The notes under the pieces: generated by a model
Database searches by the model: none
What the model was told of the DNA's origin: nothing
The model's input: only the letters and a program-made list of their open reading frames with translations
Shown here: in pieces, positions 8,154 to 17,521 of the stretch
How positions within the stretch are numbered: the first letter of the stretch is position 1
Layout: every line of letters starts with the position of its first letter
Source of the DNA: an uncultured Bacillales bacterium
GTDB lineage: Bacteria; Bacillota_I; Bacilli_A; RF39; UBA660
DNA length: 51,448 nucleotides
Assembly: GCA_946615975.1 (NCBI GenBank)
Contig: CAMOID010000003.1
Span: forward strand, 1-51,448
Reading direction: 5' to 3'
Translations under genes and position numbers: made by a program

Positions 8154-9194
8154 ATGAAAAAAGTTGCTATATTTCAAAGAAATCTGAATATAGGTGGTAT
8201 TGAAAGATCTTTAATTAATCTATTAAATTGTATAGATTATAGTAAGTATGAAATAGATTTATATTTATTTCATCGTGAAAATGTTTTTATTAAAGATGTT
8301 AATGAACATGTTAATGTTTATTATTTAGATAGACTACCTCAATTTACAAAAGTAATTAGTTTTAATATTGTTAAAGCCTTCTATAAATGTAAGGTTAATA
8401 AAGAATATGATATAGCAATAGATTATAATTCTTATTCTGTTGATTGTGCACTTAATGCTATTATGTGTCCTGCTAAGAAAAGAATTATATGGGTTCATAA
8501 TGATATAGATATTAAATTAAAAGAAGAATTTAAATATAGAATTCTTTATAGAGCTTTTAAAGCTAAATATAATTATTTTGATACTTTCGTATGTGTATCA
8601 CAAGGTGCTAAAGAAGCATTTGAAAAAGTTACACACATTAATAAAGAATATAAAGTTATACCAAATGTAATTGATACAAAGAAAATAAAAGAATTAAAAG
8701 ATGTTGAAACTAAATTTAAAGTTAATGATGATGTAGTAAATATTTGTTCAACAGGTAGATTAGTTCATCAAAAAGGATTTGATTTACTAATAAGAGAATT
8801 TGCTAAAGTAATAAAAGAAGATGCTGGATATCATTTATATATAATAGGTGATGGTAGAGAAAGACAAAATCTTAAACATTTAATTGAAGAATTAAATATG
8901 GAAGAATATATTACTTTAACAGGAAAATTTAATAATCCATTTAATGTAATGAATAAATGCGATGCATTTACTCTTATGTCTAGATATGAAGGACAAGGTA
9001 TGGCAATCTTAGAAGCTAAAGCTTTAGGATTAGATATCGTTATTCCTAAACATCTAGAAAAATATATAGATGATATTGAAGGATATGATTCAGTTAAAGA
9101 AGGTATTCTTCATTTATGCAAACATGAAAAAAGAGATTTTGATGATTTAAAGAAATATAATGACCATATAATTGAAATGATAAATGAACTTTAG
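8154..9194 (+). CDS. Family 4 (group 1) glycosyltransferase
   Basis: GT-B layout. The N-terminus NIGGIERSL and the C-terminal EGQGMAILEA (E-x7-E region) are typical of GT4. Confidence 0.85.
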   Translation: MKKVAIFQRNLNIGGIERSLINLLNCIDYSKYEIDLYLFHRENVFIKDVNEHVNVYYLDRLPQFTKVISFNIVKAFYKCKVNKEYDIAIDYNSYSVDCALNAIMCPAKKRIIWVHNDIDIKLKEEFKYRILYRAFKAKYNYFDTFVCVSQGAKEAFEKVTHINKEYKVIPNVIDTKKIKELKDVETKFKVNDDVVNICSTGRLVHQKGFDLLIREFAKVIKEDAGYHLYIIGDGRERQNLKHLIEELNMEEYITLTGKFNNPFNVMNKCDAFTLMSRYEGQGMAILEAKALGLDIVIPKHLEKYIDDIEGYDSVKEGILHLCKHEKRDFDDLKKYNDHIIEMINEL

Positions 9195-9203
9195 GAGTTT
9201 TTC

Positions 9204-9674
9204 ATGAAGAAGAAAAAAGTAATATTTGTTGCTGGAGTAGGAGGACATCTAACTGAATTACTTCAATTAGATTCTATCTTTAATGATTATGACTATACTT
9301 TAGTAACAGAAAAAACAGAAGTAACTAAAGATTTAAAGAATAAATATAATATTAGATATTTTATTTATAATAATAAAAAGAATTTTATTAAATACTTATT
9401 TGTAAATGGATTTAATTTATTAAATAGTATTTATACATATTTTAAAATTAGACCAGATGTTGTTGTAACAACTGGACCTAATACTGGTGTTTATTTATGT
9501 CAATTAGCGCATATGTTTAAAAAGAAAGTAATATTTATTGAAACATATGCTAATGTTACTAATTCTACTAAATCAGGTAGAATAGTATATAAATTTGCTG
9601 ATCATTTTGTTGTACAATGGGAATCTTTAAAGAAAGAATATCCAAAAGCATTATATTTTGGAGGTATTAATTAA
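9204..9674 (+). CDS. Alg14-like membrane-anchor subunit of a split glycosyltransferase (Cps14F/PssD type)
   Basis: VIFVAGVGGHLTELLQL N-terminal signature, about 155 aa, located directly upstream of the Alg13-like partner. Confidence 0.75.
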   Translation: MKKKKVIFVAGVGGHLTELLQLDSIFNDYDYTLVTEKTEVTKDLKNKYNIRYFIYNNKKNFIKYLFVNGFNLLNSIYTYFKIRPDVVVTTGPNTGVYLCQLAHMFKKKVIFIETYANVTNSTKSGRIVYKFADHFVVQWESLKKEYPKALYFGGIN

Positions 9675-10141
9675 TGATATTAGTTACACTTGGAACACAA
9701 GACCAAAAAATGTATAGAATATTAGATATGTTAGAACATAGTAATATTAAAGATGAAATAATTGTACAAGCAGGAGGATCATCTGATTATAAATCAGATA
9801 AAATGAAAATATTTAAATTTGTTTCAATGGATGAAATGAATGAACTATTAGATAAAGCTGATATAGTTATTACTCATGGTGGTTCAGGTTCTATATTATC
9901 TGCTATTAAAAAAGGTAAAAAAGTATTAGCTATTCCAAGATTGTCTAAATATGGTGAACATATAAATGATCATCAAACTGAAATAGTATCTGAATATGTT
10001 AAAGAAGGATATATCCTAGATATAAAAGAAAATGATAATATAGAAGATAAAATAAAAGAGCTAAAGAAATTCAAACCTAAGAAGTTTGTAAGCAATAAAA
10101 AACATTTTATTGAAGAAATAAAGAAATTAATTGATGAATAA
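9674..10141 (+). CDS. Alg13-like catalytic subunit (Glyco_tran_28_C; Cps14G/PssE type)
   Basis: MILVTLGTQ...ITHGGSGSILSAIKKGKKVLAIPR...DHQ motif set. It has a TAATG overlap with the upstream gene. Confidence 0.8.
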   Translation: MILVTLGTQDQKMYRILDMLEHSNIKDEIIVQAGGSSDYKSDKMKIFKFVSMDEMNELLDKADIVITHGGSGSILSAIKKGKKVLAIPRLSKYGEHINDHQTEIVSEYVKEGYILDIKENDNIEDKIKELKKFKPKKFVSNKKHFIEEIKKLIDE

Positions 10142-10168
10142 AGGAAATATTTAATATTTTCTTTTTTT
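10141..10168 (+). terminator. Probable rho-independent terminator
   Basis: AT-rich stem of about 10 bp (one G-U pair), 3-nt loop, then a T-run. Confidence 0.45.
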
Positions 10169-10198
10169 ATTGTATAATTGAACTAGGAAGTGATTTAT

Positions 10199-10534
10199 AT
10201 GTATAGAATGCATTTAGATAAGGAACATTTTGAAAATGTAAAAGTAGGAAATAAGACTGTTGAAATAAGACTAAATGATAAGAAAAGAAGAGAATTCAAA
10301 GTAGGAGATAAAATTGAATTTGAAAATAGAAGTGATAACTCTAAATTAGAAGTTACCATTACTGAATTAAATATATATACATCATTTGAAGAATTATATA
10401 AACATGAAGATAAATTATCTATGGGTTATAAAGAAGATGAAGTTGCTTGCCCAGATGATATGAGCATTTATTATTCAGAAGAAGATCAAATTAAAAATGG
10501 CGTAGTTGCTATTCATTTTACTTTAAATAATTAA
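10199..10534 (+). CDS. ASCH (PUA-like) domain protein
   Basis: Pattern HFENVKVGNKTVEIRLNDKKRREFKVGDKIEF, about 110 aa. Start set at ATG 10199, behind AGGAAGTGA. Confidence 0.65.
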   Translation: MYRMHLDKEHFENVKVGNKTVEIRLNDKKRREFKVGDKIEFENRSDNSKLEVTITELNIYTSFEELYKHEDKLSMGYKEDEVACPDDMSIYYSEEDQIKNGVVAIHFTLNN

Positions 10535-10548
10535 CAGGGTGGTTTTAA

Positions 10549-11253
10549 ATGAAAAGAAGTAAGAAAACTTTAAGAGTTTTTGCTTTACTATTTGGTATCA
10601 TTGGTATATTAGTTACATTAATATTTGGTATTATAGGTTTTAGATATTTCTTAGTTTATAATAATAGAGAAATATCATATGCTAGAATAATGGAAATTAA
10701 TCATAAAGAAGGATATACAGTAGTAAGATATACAACTAATGAACAATCATATAATAGAAAATTAAGAATGATTGATTCTAGTTGGTATGAAAGCGGATAT
10801 ATTACAGTTATATATGATAAAAATAATCCTAATAAAAGTTTTATTAAGAATCAAGCAATAACTGCATTATCATTAACAATTGTAGGTATAGTATTTAGCA
10901 TCATTGGTTTTATAGCTTATATGATGTTACGTTCTTATAATAAAAGAAAGAATTATTTATTAAAGAAAGGTAAAAAGATAGAAGCTAAAATAGAAAAAGT
11001 TTCTATTAATAATGCTATTCATTTTAAAGGAAAGAATCCTTATCAAATAGAATTAAGTTATACTGAAAATGGTAAAGAGTATACTTTTATACATAAAGAG
11101 TTATGGTTTGATGTTAATAAAGTAATAGAAGATAATAACTTAAAAACTATAGAAGTATGCGTAGATAAGAAGGATTATAATAATTACTATATTAATTTAG
11201 GAAAATATGGTAAAAATACTAATAAAAATAAAAATGTAAAAAAGCGTAAATAG
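10549..11253 (+). CDS. DUF3592-type membrane protein
   Basis: TM helix, a beta-rich domain of about 75 aa, a second TM helix, then a second soluble domain and a basic tail. RBS GGGTGG. Confidence 0.55.
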   Translation: MKRSKKTLRVFALLFGIIGILVTLIFGIIGFRYFLVYNNREISYARIMEINHKEGYTVVRYTTNEQSYNRKLRMIDSSWYESGYITVIYDKNNPNKSFIKNQAITALSLTIVGIVFSIIGFIAYMMLRSYNKRKNYLLKKGKKIEAKIEKVSINNAIHFKGKNPYQIELSYTENGKEYTFIHKELWFDVNKVIEDNNLKTIEVCVDKKDYNNYYINLGKYGKNTNKNKNVKKRK

Positions 11254-11270
11254 TTTACGCTTTTTATTTT
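11241..11270 (+). terminator. Rho-independent terminator
   Basis: AAAGCGTAAA / TTTACGCTTT with the stop codon TAG as the loop, then a T-run. Confidence 0.8.
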
Positions 11271-11319
11271 ATCTTTTACAGTAAATAGTGTAGACTATTA
11301 ATAGTAGGAGAGTGATAAA

Positions 11320-11526
11320 ATGATTTATCCATCAATAGATAAAATTTTAAATAAAGTAGGTTCTAAGTATGTATTAGTACATGTTGCTTCAATGAGAAGT
11401 AAACAAATGCTAGAAACTAAACATTATCAAATGAATGAAAAAGATTATGTTTGTAAAAGAGAAATTGGTAGAGCTTTAGAAGAAACTGAAAAAGGATTAA
11501 TCAAGGTTATTAAGCTTGAAGATTAA
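11320..11526 (+). CDS. rpoZ: DNA-directed RNA polymerase subunit omega
   Basis: 68 aa. PSIDKILNKVGSKYVLVHVASMRSKQM matches the RpoZ N-terminal signature. RBS AGGAGAGTGA. Confidence 0.8.
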   Translation: MIYPSIDKILNKVGSKYVLVHVASMRSKQMLETKHYQMNEKDYVCKREIGRALEETEKGLIKVIKLED

Positions 11527-11567
11527 TTCTTCTTTTTTATTTTGTAAAATAAGGAGTTGGTTTATAT

Positions 11568-14147
11568 ATGTTTTTTAATAAAGATATTAAGGATGTATAT
11601 AAAGAGTTAAATACTAGTGAAGATGGTTTAACTTTAGAAAAAGCAGAGTCTTTATTTGGTGAAGTAGGTCCTAATGAAATTGTAGAAGGAAAAAAGAAAT
11701 CAAAGATTGTTAAATTTTTAAATCAATTTAATGATATGATGATTATCATATTGATTATAGTAGCAGTATTAATGTTAATATATGGTTTACTATATTCAAA
11801 TGATTATACTGATTCTATAGTAATTGCTGTTGTAGTATTAATAAATGCAATCATGGGATTTATTCAAGAAGAAAAAGCAGAAGTAACACTTGAAGGTTTA
11901 AAAAAATATGTTTCTTCAACTTGTAAAGTAAAAAGAAATGGAAAAGTAGAATTAATTGATACTAAATTATTAGTTCCAGGAGATTATATTATTTTAGAAG
12001 CAGGAGAAAAAGTACCTGCTGATGCAAGAATAATATCATTATCAAATTTACTAGTTGATGAATCACCTTTAACAGGTGAATCAAATCCAGTTAGTAAAAG
12101 AGCTAATAAAATAAATGGAACTAAATTACAAATACAAGATCAATTAAATATGCTTTTTAGTGGTACTAATATAACTAATGGAAGAGCTGAAGCTATAGTT
12201 ACTGCTACTGGTATGTATACTGAATTAGGTAAGATAGCTGTATCTCTTAATACACCATATGAAGTAAAGACTCCGTTAGAATTAAGAATAGAAGAAATAA
12301 GTAAGAAATTAACTTTCTTGGTATTTTTAATATTAATATTTATTTTTATATATAGTTTTATTCAAAAATATGAAGTAATGGAAATAATAATGTTATGTTC
12401 ATCACTTGCAGTAGCTGTTATACCTGAAGGGTTACCAGCAGTTATTACAATTAGTTTATCTAATGGTGCTGGAGCACTTGCTAAGAAAAAAACTATAGTT
12501 AGACAAATGACTGCTGTAGAAACATTAGGATCAACCGATGTTATTTGTTCTGATAAAACAGGAACTATTACTCAAAATAAAATGAATGTTCAAAAGAACA
12601 TAGTTTTAAACCAAGATTGGTTAGATTATGTAAAAATTCTTTGTAATGATGCTATGTATTCTAAGGGTAAGTTTGTAGGAGATCCTACAGAAACTTGTAT
12701 GTTAGATGAATTAGGATATAAGAAAGTATCTACTATCGCTAATGACTGTCCTAGATTAATAGATGTACCTTTTGATTCAGATAGAAAAATGATGTCTACA
12801 GTAAATGTTATAAAAGGTAAAACATATTTATTAGTTAAAGGTTCTTTAGATAGTTTAATGAAGAAATGTTCTTATATGTATAAAGATAATAAGAAAATTA
12901 AATTAACTAAAGAAATGCAAAGAGTAATAAACGAAGAAGAAGCTAACATGGCAGAAAATGCATTAAGAGTTATTTCTTTTGCTTATAAAGAACTTAAGAA
13001 AGTTCCTAAAAATATAGATGAAATATTAAAAGAAGAAGAAAACTTAGTTTTAGTTGGATTATCAGGTATGATAGATCCTCCTAGAGTAGGTGTTAAAGAA
13101 TCTGTTTTACAAGCAAAGAATGCTGGTGTAAGAACAATTATGATAACAGGCGATTCTTTAATAACTGCAGGAGCTATAGCTAAACGTGTAGGTATAGTAG
13201 AATCTAGAGATGAATGTTTATTAGGTTCTAAACTAGATGAATATACAGATGAAGAACTTATTGATGTTGTTAATAAGTATTCAGTATATGCAAGAGTAAG
13301 TCCTATACATAAAGAAAGAATAGTAAAAGCATTACAAGCTCAAGGTAAAGTAGTTGCTATGACTGGTGATGGTGTAAATGATGCACCTGCTATTAAAGAT
13401 GCTCATGTTGGTATAGGTATGGGTATAACTGGTACTGAAGTAACTAAAAATGTAGCTGATATTATTTTATTAGATGATTCATTTAGTACTATAGTTACAG
13501 CAATTGAAGAAGGTAGAAGAATATTTGCTAATATTAGAAATAATGTTATATATTCTTTATCATCAAACTTTGGTGAATTATTTACTATATTAATAGCAAT
13601 GTTTACTGGTACAACTATATTATTACCAATACATATATTATTTATTGATTTAGTAACAGATTCTATTCCAAGTATATGTTTATCATTTGAACCTTCTGAA
13701 AAAGGTATAATGAATAAACCTCCTAGAGGAATAGATAAACCAATGTTTACACCATTTGCTATTTCAAATATAGTATCTTCTGCTATTGTTGAAACAGTTG
13801 CAGTATGTATTACATTCTTTATAGTTAAAAATAGCTATAATGCTGAAGTAGCTATGTCATGTGCATTATTAACATTAGTAATGCAAGAAATAATATATGC
13901 TATTACTTGTAGAAATTTAAAACAATTTGTATTTAAACAAGGATTATTTAGTAATAAACAATTTAATATAGGTATATTTATAATATTATTAGTAGAAGCT
14001 ATATTCTTCTTAACTCCATTAAGACAATTTATTGGAATAGTTAAGCTTCCTATATCATTAATGTTAATAATAATAATATGTAATATGGTAGTATTCTTTA
14101 TATATGAATTATTAAAACCTGTATTATTAGGATTATTTGATGATTAA
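11568..14147 (+). CDS. P-type (P2) cation-transporting ATPase, Ca2+-ATPase-like
   Basis: TGES, phosphorylation motif CSDKTGTITQN, MITGD, GDGVNDAPAIK, and PEGLPAV in M4, in a 10-TM architecture. Confidence 0.92.
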   Translation: MFFNKDIKDVYKELNTSEDGLTLEKAESLFGEVGPNEIVEGKKKSKIVKFLNQFNDMMIIILIIVAVLMLIYGLLYSNDYTDSIVIAVVVLINAIMGFIQEEKAEVTLEGLKKYVSSTCKVKRNGKVELIDTKLLVPGDYIILEAGEKVPADARIISLSNLLVDESPLTGESNPVSKRANKINGTKLQIQDQLNMLFSGTNITNGRAEAIVTATGMYTELGKIAVSLNTPYEVKTPLELRIEEISKKLTFLVFLILIFIFIYSFIQKYEVMEIIMLCSSLAVAVIPEGLPAVITISLSNGAGALAKKKTIVRQMTAVETLGSTDVICSDKTGTITQNKMNVQKNIVLNQDWLDYVKILCNDAMYSKGKFVGDPTETCMLDELGYKKVSTIANDCPRLIDVPFDSDRKMMSTVNVIKGKTYLLVKGSLDSLMKKCSYMYKDNKKIKLTKEMQRVINEEEANMAENALRVISFAYKELKKVPKNIDEILKEEENLVLVGLSGMIDPPRVGVKESVLQAKNAGVRTIMITGDSLITAGAIAKRVGIVESRDECLLGSKLDEYTDEELIDVVNKYSVYARVSPIHKERIVKALQAQGKVVAMTGDGVNDAPAIKDAHVGIGMGITGTEVTKNVADIILLDDSFSTIVTAIEEGRRIFANIRNNVIYSLSSNFGELFTILIAMFTGTTILLPIHILFIDLVTDSIPSICLSFEPSEKGIMNKPPRGIDKPMFTPFAISNIVSSAIVETVAVCITFFIVKNSYNAEVAMSCALLTLVMQEIIYAITCRNLKQFVFKQGLFSNKQFNIGIFIILLVEAIFFLTPLRQFIGIVKLPISLMLIIIICNMVVFFIYELLKPVLLGLFDD

Positions 14148-14172
14148 AACACAGAATTATCTGTGTTTTTTT
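14147..14172 (+). terminator. Rho-independent terminator
   Basis: AAACACAG / CTGTGTTT, loop AATTAT, then a T-run. Confidence 0.75.
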
Positions 14173-14240
14173 ATGTAAATCAAAAGGTAATTAAGTGTTA
14201 TATATTATTTATGTATACTATAATTAATATAGGTGATTAT

Positions 14241-15338
14241 ATGGAAATCAGAAGATTGAATGGAAAAGATATTCAAGAAATAATAATTGAAGCTAATCCT
14301 GAAAGAGGTTTTAATTTTCCTTTTACTTTATTAGTACCAGTAGATTTATGTGATGATTATTATATGATATATAAATGTAATTTACCTAAGAATTATATTA
14401 AGGGTAGTAATAGTTTAGAAGAAATACAAAAAAAGACTTTAGAAGATAAAGGAAATATTGATCCAATAGATAAACATTTTTTATGTGAATTAGATTTTCC
14501 TCTTTTATTACCAGCTATTCCAAGAGGTTATGAGTGGAGACCTAATTTTTTAGGTAAAGATTTTATACATGGAATAAATTTTAAAGATGAAAGAGATGAT
14601 ATTCTTGATAAAGATAAATATGTAGGTTTACCTGAACAAATCAAGAATATGATTCAATATGGATTAGAAATATTAAATGAAATGAAACCAACTATTCATA
14701 ATAAGGCAATTATAACAGGTTATTCTGAAGGTGCTAAATGTGCATCTCATTTTGCACTTTTACATCCTGAAACAATTGAAGCAGTAGTAGCAGGTGGAAC
14801 AGGTGGAGCAATGTCTATGCCTATAAAAGAAAAAGATGGATATGAATTTATATATCCAACTGGTATTGCTGATTTACCTTATTTTGATGAAGAAGAATAT
14901 AGAAAGATAGCTTTCTTCTATTATATGGGAGATAAAGATGTAACAGATTCAGCAGCTCCATATTTTGATGATGTTCATTATATAGATGAAAATGGAGAAG
15001 ATAGAATCTTATGTGATGTAAATGGTAACCATATACCAGCAGTTGATGAATATGGTAGACAAGTATTTAAATTAGATGAAAATGGTAATTATAAAGCAAA
15101 ATATTCTTTATTTACTGATTCAGAAGTAAATGCTATATGTAAGGTATTTGGTGCTGAAACACAAGATAGATTTGTTAATCAATCTAATCAGTTAAAAGAA
15201 TTAGGTTTAAATGTTATGTGCAAAAAATATCCTGGTGATCATCATACAGTATTTGATAGTAAAGAAGAAATAAAGAAAGATATAGATAATTTCTTAGGAG
15301 AAGTATTAAATAAAACTAGTGGAAAACAAATGAAATAA
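14241..15338 (+). CDS. Hypothetical alpha/beta-hydrolase-fold protein
   Basis: Nucleophile-elbow-like GYSEGA followed by AVVAGGTGG. Start set at ATG 14241, behind AGGTGA. The track start at 14163 lies inside the upstream terminator. Confidence 0.55.
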   Translation: MEIRRLNGKDIQEIIIEANPERGFNFPFTLLVPVDLCDDYYMIYKCNLPKNYIKGSNSLEEIQKKTLEDKGNIDPIDKHFLCELDFPLLLPAIPRGYEWRPNFLGKDFIHGINFKDERDDILDKDKYVGLPEQIKNMIQYGLEILNEMKPTIHNKAIITGYSEGAKCASHFALLHPETIEAVVAGGTGGAMSMPIKEKDGYEFIYPTGIADLPYFDEEEYRKIAFFYYMGDKDVTDSAAPYFDDVHYIDENGEDRILCDVNGNHIPAVDEYGRQVFKLDENGNYKAKYSLFTDSEVNAICKVFGAETQDRFVNQSNQLKELGLNVMCKKYPGDHHTVFDSKEEIKKDIDNFLGEVLNKTSGKQMK

Positions 15339-15351
15339 TGTATAAAATATA

Positions 15352-15379
15352 TTGACAAATAATTTATATTTGATATAAT
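15352..15379 (+). promoter_or_regulatory. Sigma-A-type promoter of the infC operon
   Basis: TTGACA (15352-15357), 16-nt spacer, extended -10 TGATATAAT (15371-15379). Confidence 0.65.
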
Positions 15380-15385
15380 CATATT

Positions 15386-15540
15386 GTTTTAAAAAGGAAA
15401 GCGATGTATCCACATCCACCCGAGATCAGATAGTACTGGGTAAAGAGCCAAATAAAAATTAATATAATTAAATTATTAATTAGTATTATTTTATATGTGG
15501 TTTTTAAAGTGGATACGTATGTATTCACTTTTTAATTGAA
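15386..15540 (+). promoter_or_regulatory. Ribosomal protein L20 leader (transcription attenuator upstream of infC-rpmI-rplT)
   Basis: The position matches the Firmicute L20 leader. Hairpin ACCCGAG...CTGGGT (15418-15441). GTATCCAC (15406-15413) is exactly complementary to GTGGATAC (15509-15516), which also forms the terminator stem GTGGATAC-GTAT-GTATTCAC followed by a T-run. This gives two mutually exclusive folds. Confidence 0.7.
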
Positions 15541-15545
15541 AAATA

Positions 15546-16118
15546 TTGGAGGTGCTTACCATAGCAAATTTTAACAATAAGAAAAATGATGATTTACCTA
15601 TCAACGATAGAATAAGAGTTCCTGAACTTATGCTTATAGGACCAAATGGAGAACAAATGGGTACAAAACCATTAGTGTTTGCAATGCAAATAGCTACAGC
15701 TGCTGGTTTAGACTTAGTTCTTATGAATCCAGGAGCAGATAGACCTGTTGGAAAGATTATGGACTATAATAAGTTCAAATATGAAAAGAACAAAAAAGCA
15801 AAAGATGCATTAAAGAGACAAAGAGAAAACAACAAAGATATGAAAGAATATCAATTATCATTAAAGATTGATGTTCATGATTTTGAAACTAGAAGAAAAA
15901 ATGCTAGAGAATATCTTGAAAAAGGTCATAAGATAAAAGTTACTATCAGATTTAGAGGTAGAGAAATGGCTTTTACTGATCAAGGTAAAGATGTTATGCA
16001 AAGATTCTTTGAAGCATTAGAAGAAGTATGTACTATCGAAAGTAATCCATCATTAGAAGGTAGAACTATGACAATGATTTTAGCACCTAAAAAAGAGAAA
16101 GAAGTAGGAGGAAATTAA
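15546..16118 (+). CDS. infC: Translation initiation factor IF-3
   Basis: INDRIRVPELMLIGPNGEQ and the C-terminal domain KEYQLSLKIDVHDFETRRKNA are IF3 signatures. The track start TTG 15546 overlaps the SD GGAGGTG (15548-15554). The in-frame ATA at 15561 is 6 nt after the SD and is the more likely non-canonical start. Confidence 0.9.
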   Translation: MEVLTIANFNNKKNDDLPINDRIRVPELMLIGPNGEQMGTKPLVFAMQIATAAGLDLVLMNPGADRPVGKIMDYNKFKYEKNKKAKDALKRQRENNKDMKEYQLSLKIDVHDFETRRKNAREYLEKGHKIKVTIRFRGREMAFTDQGKDVMQRFFEALEEVCTIESNPSLEGRTMTMILAPKKEKEVGGN

Positions 16119-16119
16119 T

Positions 16120-16308
16120 ATGCCAAAACAAAAAACACATAAAGCAACTGCAAAAGTTTTAAACAAACATAAAAGTGGATTAATCACTTATAAAAAATCA
16201 GGTGGAAACCACAATACTGCTGGAGATTCATCTAAGCAAGTAAGACAAAGAAGAACAAAAGGACAATTAGCGAAAGGAATAGCAGATAGACTTAAAAAAG
16301 TTATCTAG
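16120..16308 (+). CDS. rpmI: 50S ribosomal protein L35
   Basis: MPKQKTHKATAKV..., 62 aa, located between infC and rplT. Confidence 0.93.
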   Translation: MPKQKTHKATAKVLNKHKSGLITYKKSGGNHNTAGDSSKQVRQRRTKGQLAKGIADRLKKVI

Positions 16309-16325
16309 TTATATGGTGATTTAAG

Positions 16326-16871
16326 ATGACAAGAGTTAAAGGTGGATCTGTTGCAAAAAACAGAAGAAGAAAAGTATTAAAAGCTGCTAAAGGATATTTT
16401 GGATCTAAACATAGATTATTCAAAACAGCTCAAGAACAATTATTCCATTCAGGAGTTTATGCTTATAGAGATAGAAAAGCAAACAAGAGAAACTTCAGAA
16501 AATTATGGATTACAAGAATTAACGCTGCTTGTAGATTAAATGATATTTCTTATTCAAGATTTATCTCAGGATTATCTAAAGCTGGTGTTGAAATCAACAG
16601 AAAGATGTTAGCTGAAATCGCTATCGATAACGCTGCATTATTTACTTCATATGTAAATATCGCTAAAGATGCATTAGCAGGAAAAGTAGTTGCTGCTAAA
16701 GCTGAAAAAGCAAACAAAGAAGTTGCTAAAGCTGAAAAAGAATCTTCAGTTGAAACAACTGATATCTCAAAATTAACTGTTGCTGAATTAAGAGAAATGG
16801 CTACAGCTAATGGTATTGAAGGCGCTGCTTCAATGAAAAAAGCTGAATTAGTAGAAGCTTTAAATAAATAA
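16326..16871 (+). CDS. rplT: 50S ribosomal protein L20 with a ~60-aa C-terminal extension
   Basis: [29 protein letters not shown]...WITRINAA is canonical L20 (about 119 aa). It is followed by a lysine/alanine-rich linker and [30 protein letters not shown]. Confidence 0.92.
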   Translation: MTRVKGGSVAKNRRRKVLKAAKGYFGSKHRLFKTAQEQLFHSGVYAYRDRKANKRNFRKLWITRINAACRLNDISYSRFISGLSKAGVEINRKMLAEIAIDNAALFTSYVNIAKDALAGKVVAAKAEKANKEVAKAEKESSVETTDISKLTVAELREMATANGIEGAASMKKAELVEALNK

Positions 16872-16873
16872 TA

Positions 16874-16903
16874 AAAAGGGTATAAAAAATATACCCTTTT
16901 TTT
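16874..16903 (+). terminator. Rho-independent terminator
   Basis: GGGTATA / TATACCC with an A5 loop, flanked by A- and T-runs. Confidence 0.8.
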
Positions 16904-16972
16904 GTTGTAAAATTGATGTATTTTTTATATATATAATTTATATAATTTTATATAATAAATTAGGTGATATAA

Positions 16973-17521
16973 ATGATAAGAACTTATGTGGGTCCAATGT
17001 TCAGTGGAAAGTCTGACTCGTTAATTACAATTTACAACAAAATATGGAATAAAAAGCTAGTATTAGCTTTTAAACCTAAATGTGATTCTAGGGATGGAGC
17101 ATCAATAAAATCTAAGAATTATGATGTTGAAATTCCTGCTATTTATATAAAAGATTTGAAGGAAATTAAAAAGCATATAAAAAATAAAAATATTCATACA
17201 ATTTTTATAGATGAAGCTCAATTTTTAACGGGTGATGTTAAAGAATTAGTTAAATTATCGGTAGTAGAAGAAATAGATTTTTATATTGCTGGTTTAAATA
17301 TGACAAGTGAACAAAAACCATTTGGTATTATGCCGGATATATTAGCTGTATCTGATACAGTTCATACTATCACTGGTTTTTGCCAAGAATGTAATAAACC
17401 ATCAACTTTTACATATTATGAAGCTAAAAAGAAAGATGATGTATTAGTAGGAGATGATGGTTATATATCATTATGTCAAAGATGTCTAAAGAAACATTTA
17501 TTGAAAGGAAAAAAGAAATAA
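16973..17521 (+). CDS. tdk: Thymidine kinase
   Basis: GPMFSGKS P-loop, FIDEAQF Walker B, and a C-terminal zinc ribbon (CQECNKP...CQRC). Confidence 0.88.
   Translation: MIRTYVGPMFSGKSDSLITIYNKIWNKKLVLAFKPKCDSRDGASIKSKNYDVEIPAIYIKDLKEIKKHIKNKNIHTIFIDEAQFLTGDVKELVKLSVVEEIDFYIAGLNMTSEQKPFGIMPDILAVSDTVHTITGFCQECNKPSTFTYYEAKKKDDVLVGDDGYISLCQRCLKKHLLKGKKK

Noticed and set aside
16913-16960. Three TATAAT(T/A)-containing decamers at ~10-bp spacing upstream of tdk, considered as a tandem promoter or iteron array.
   Set aside because: The sequence is pure A/T low complexity, and such patterns arise by chance at this base composition. There is no properly spaced -35 element for any copy, so I do not call it.
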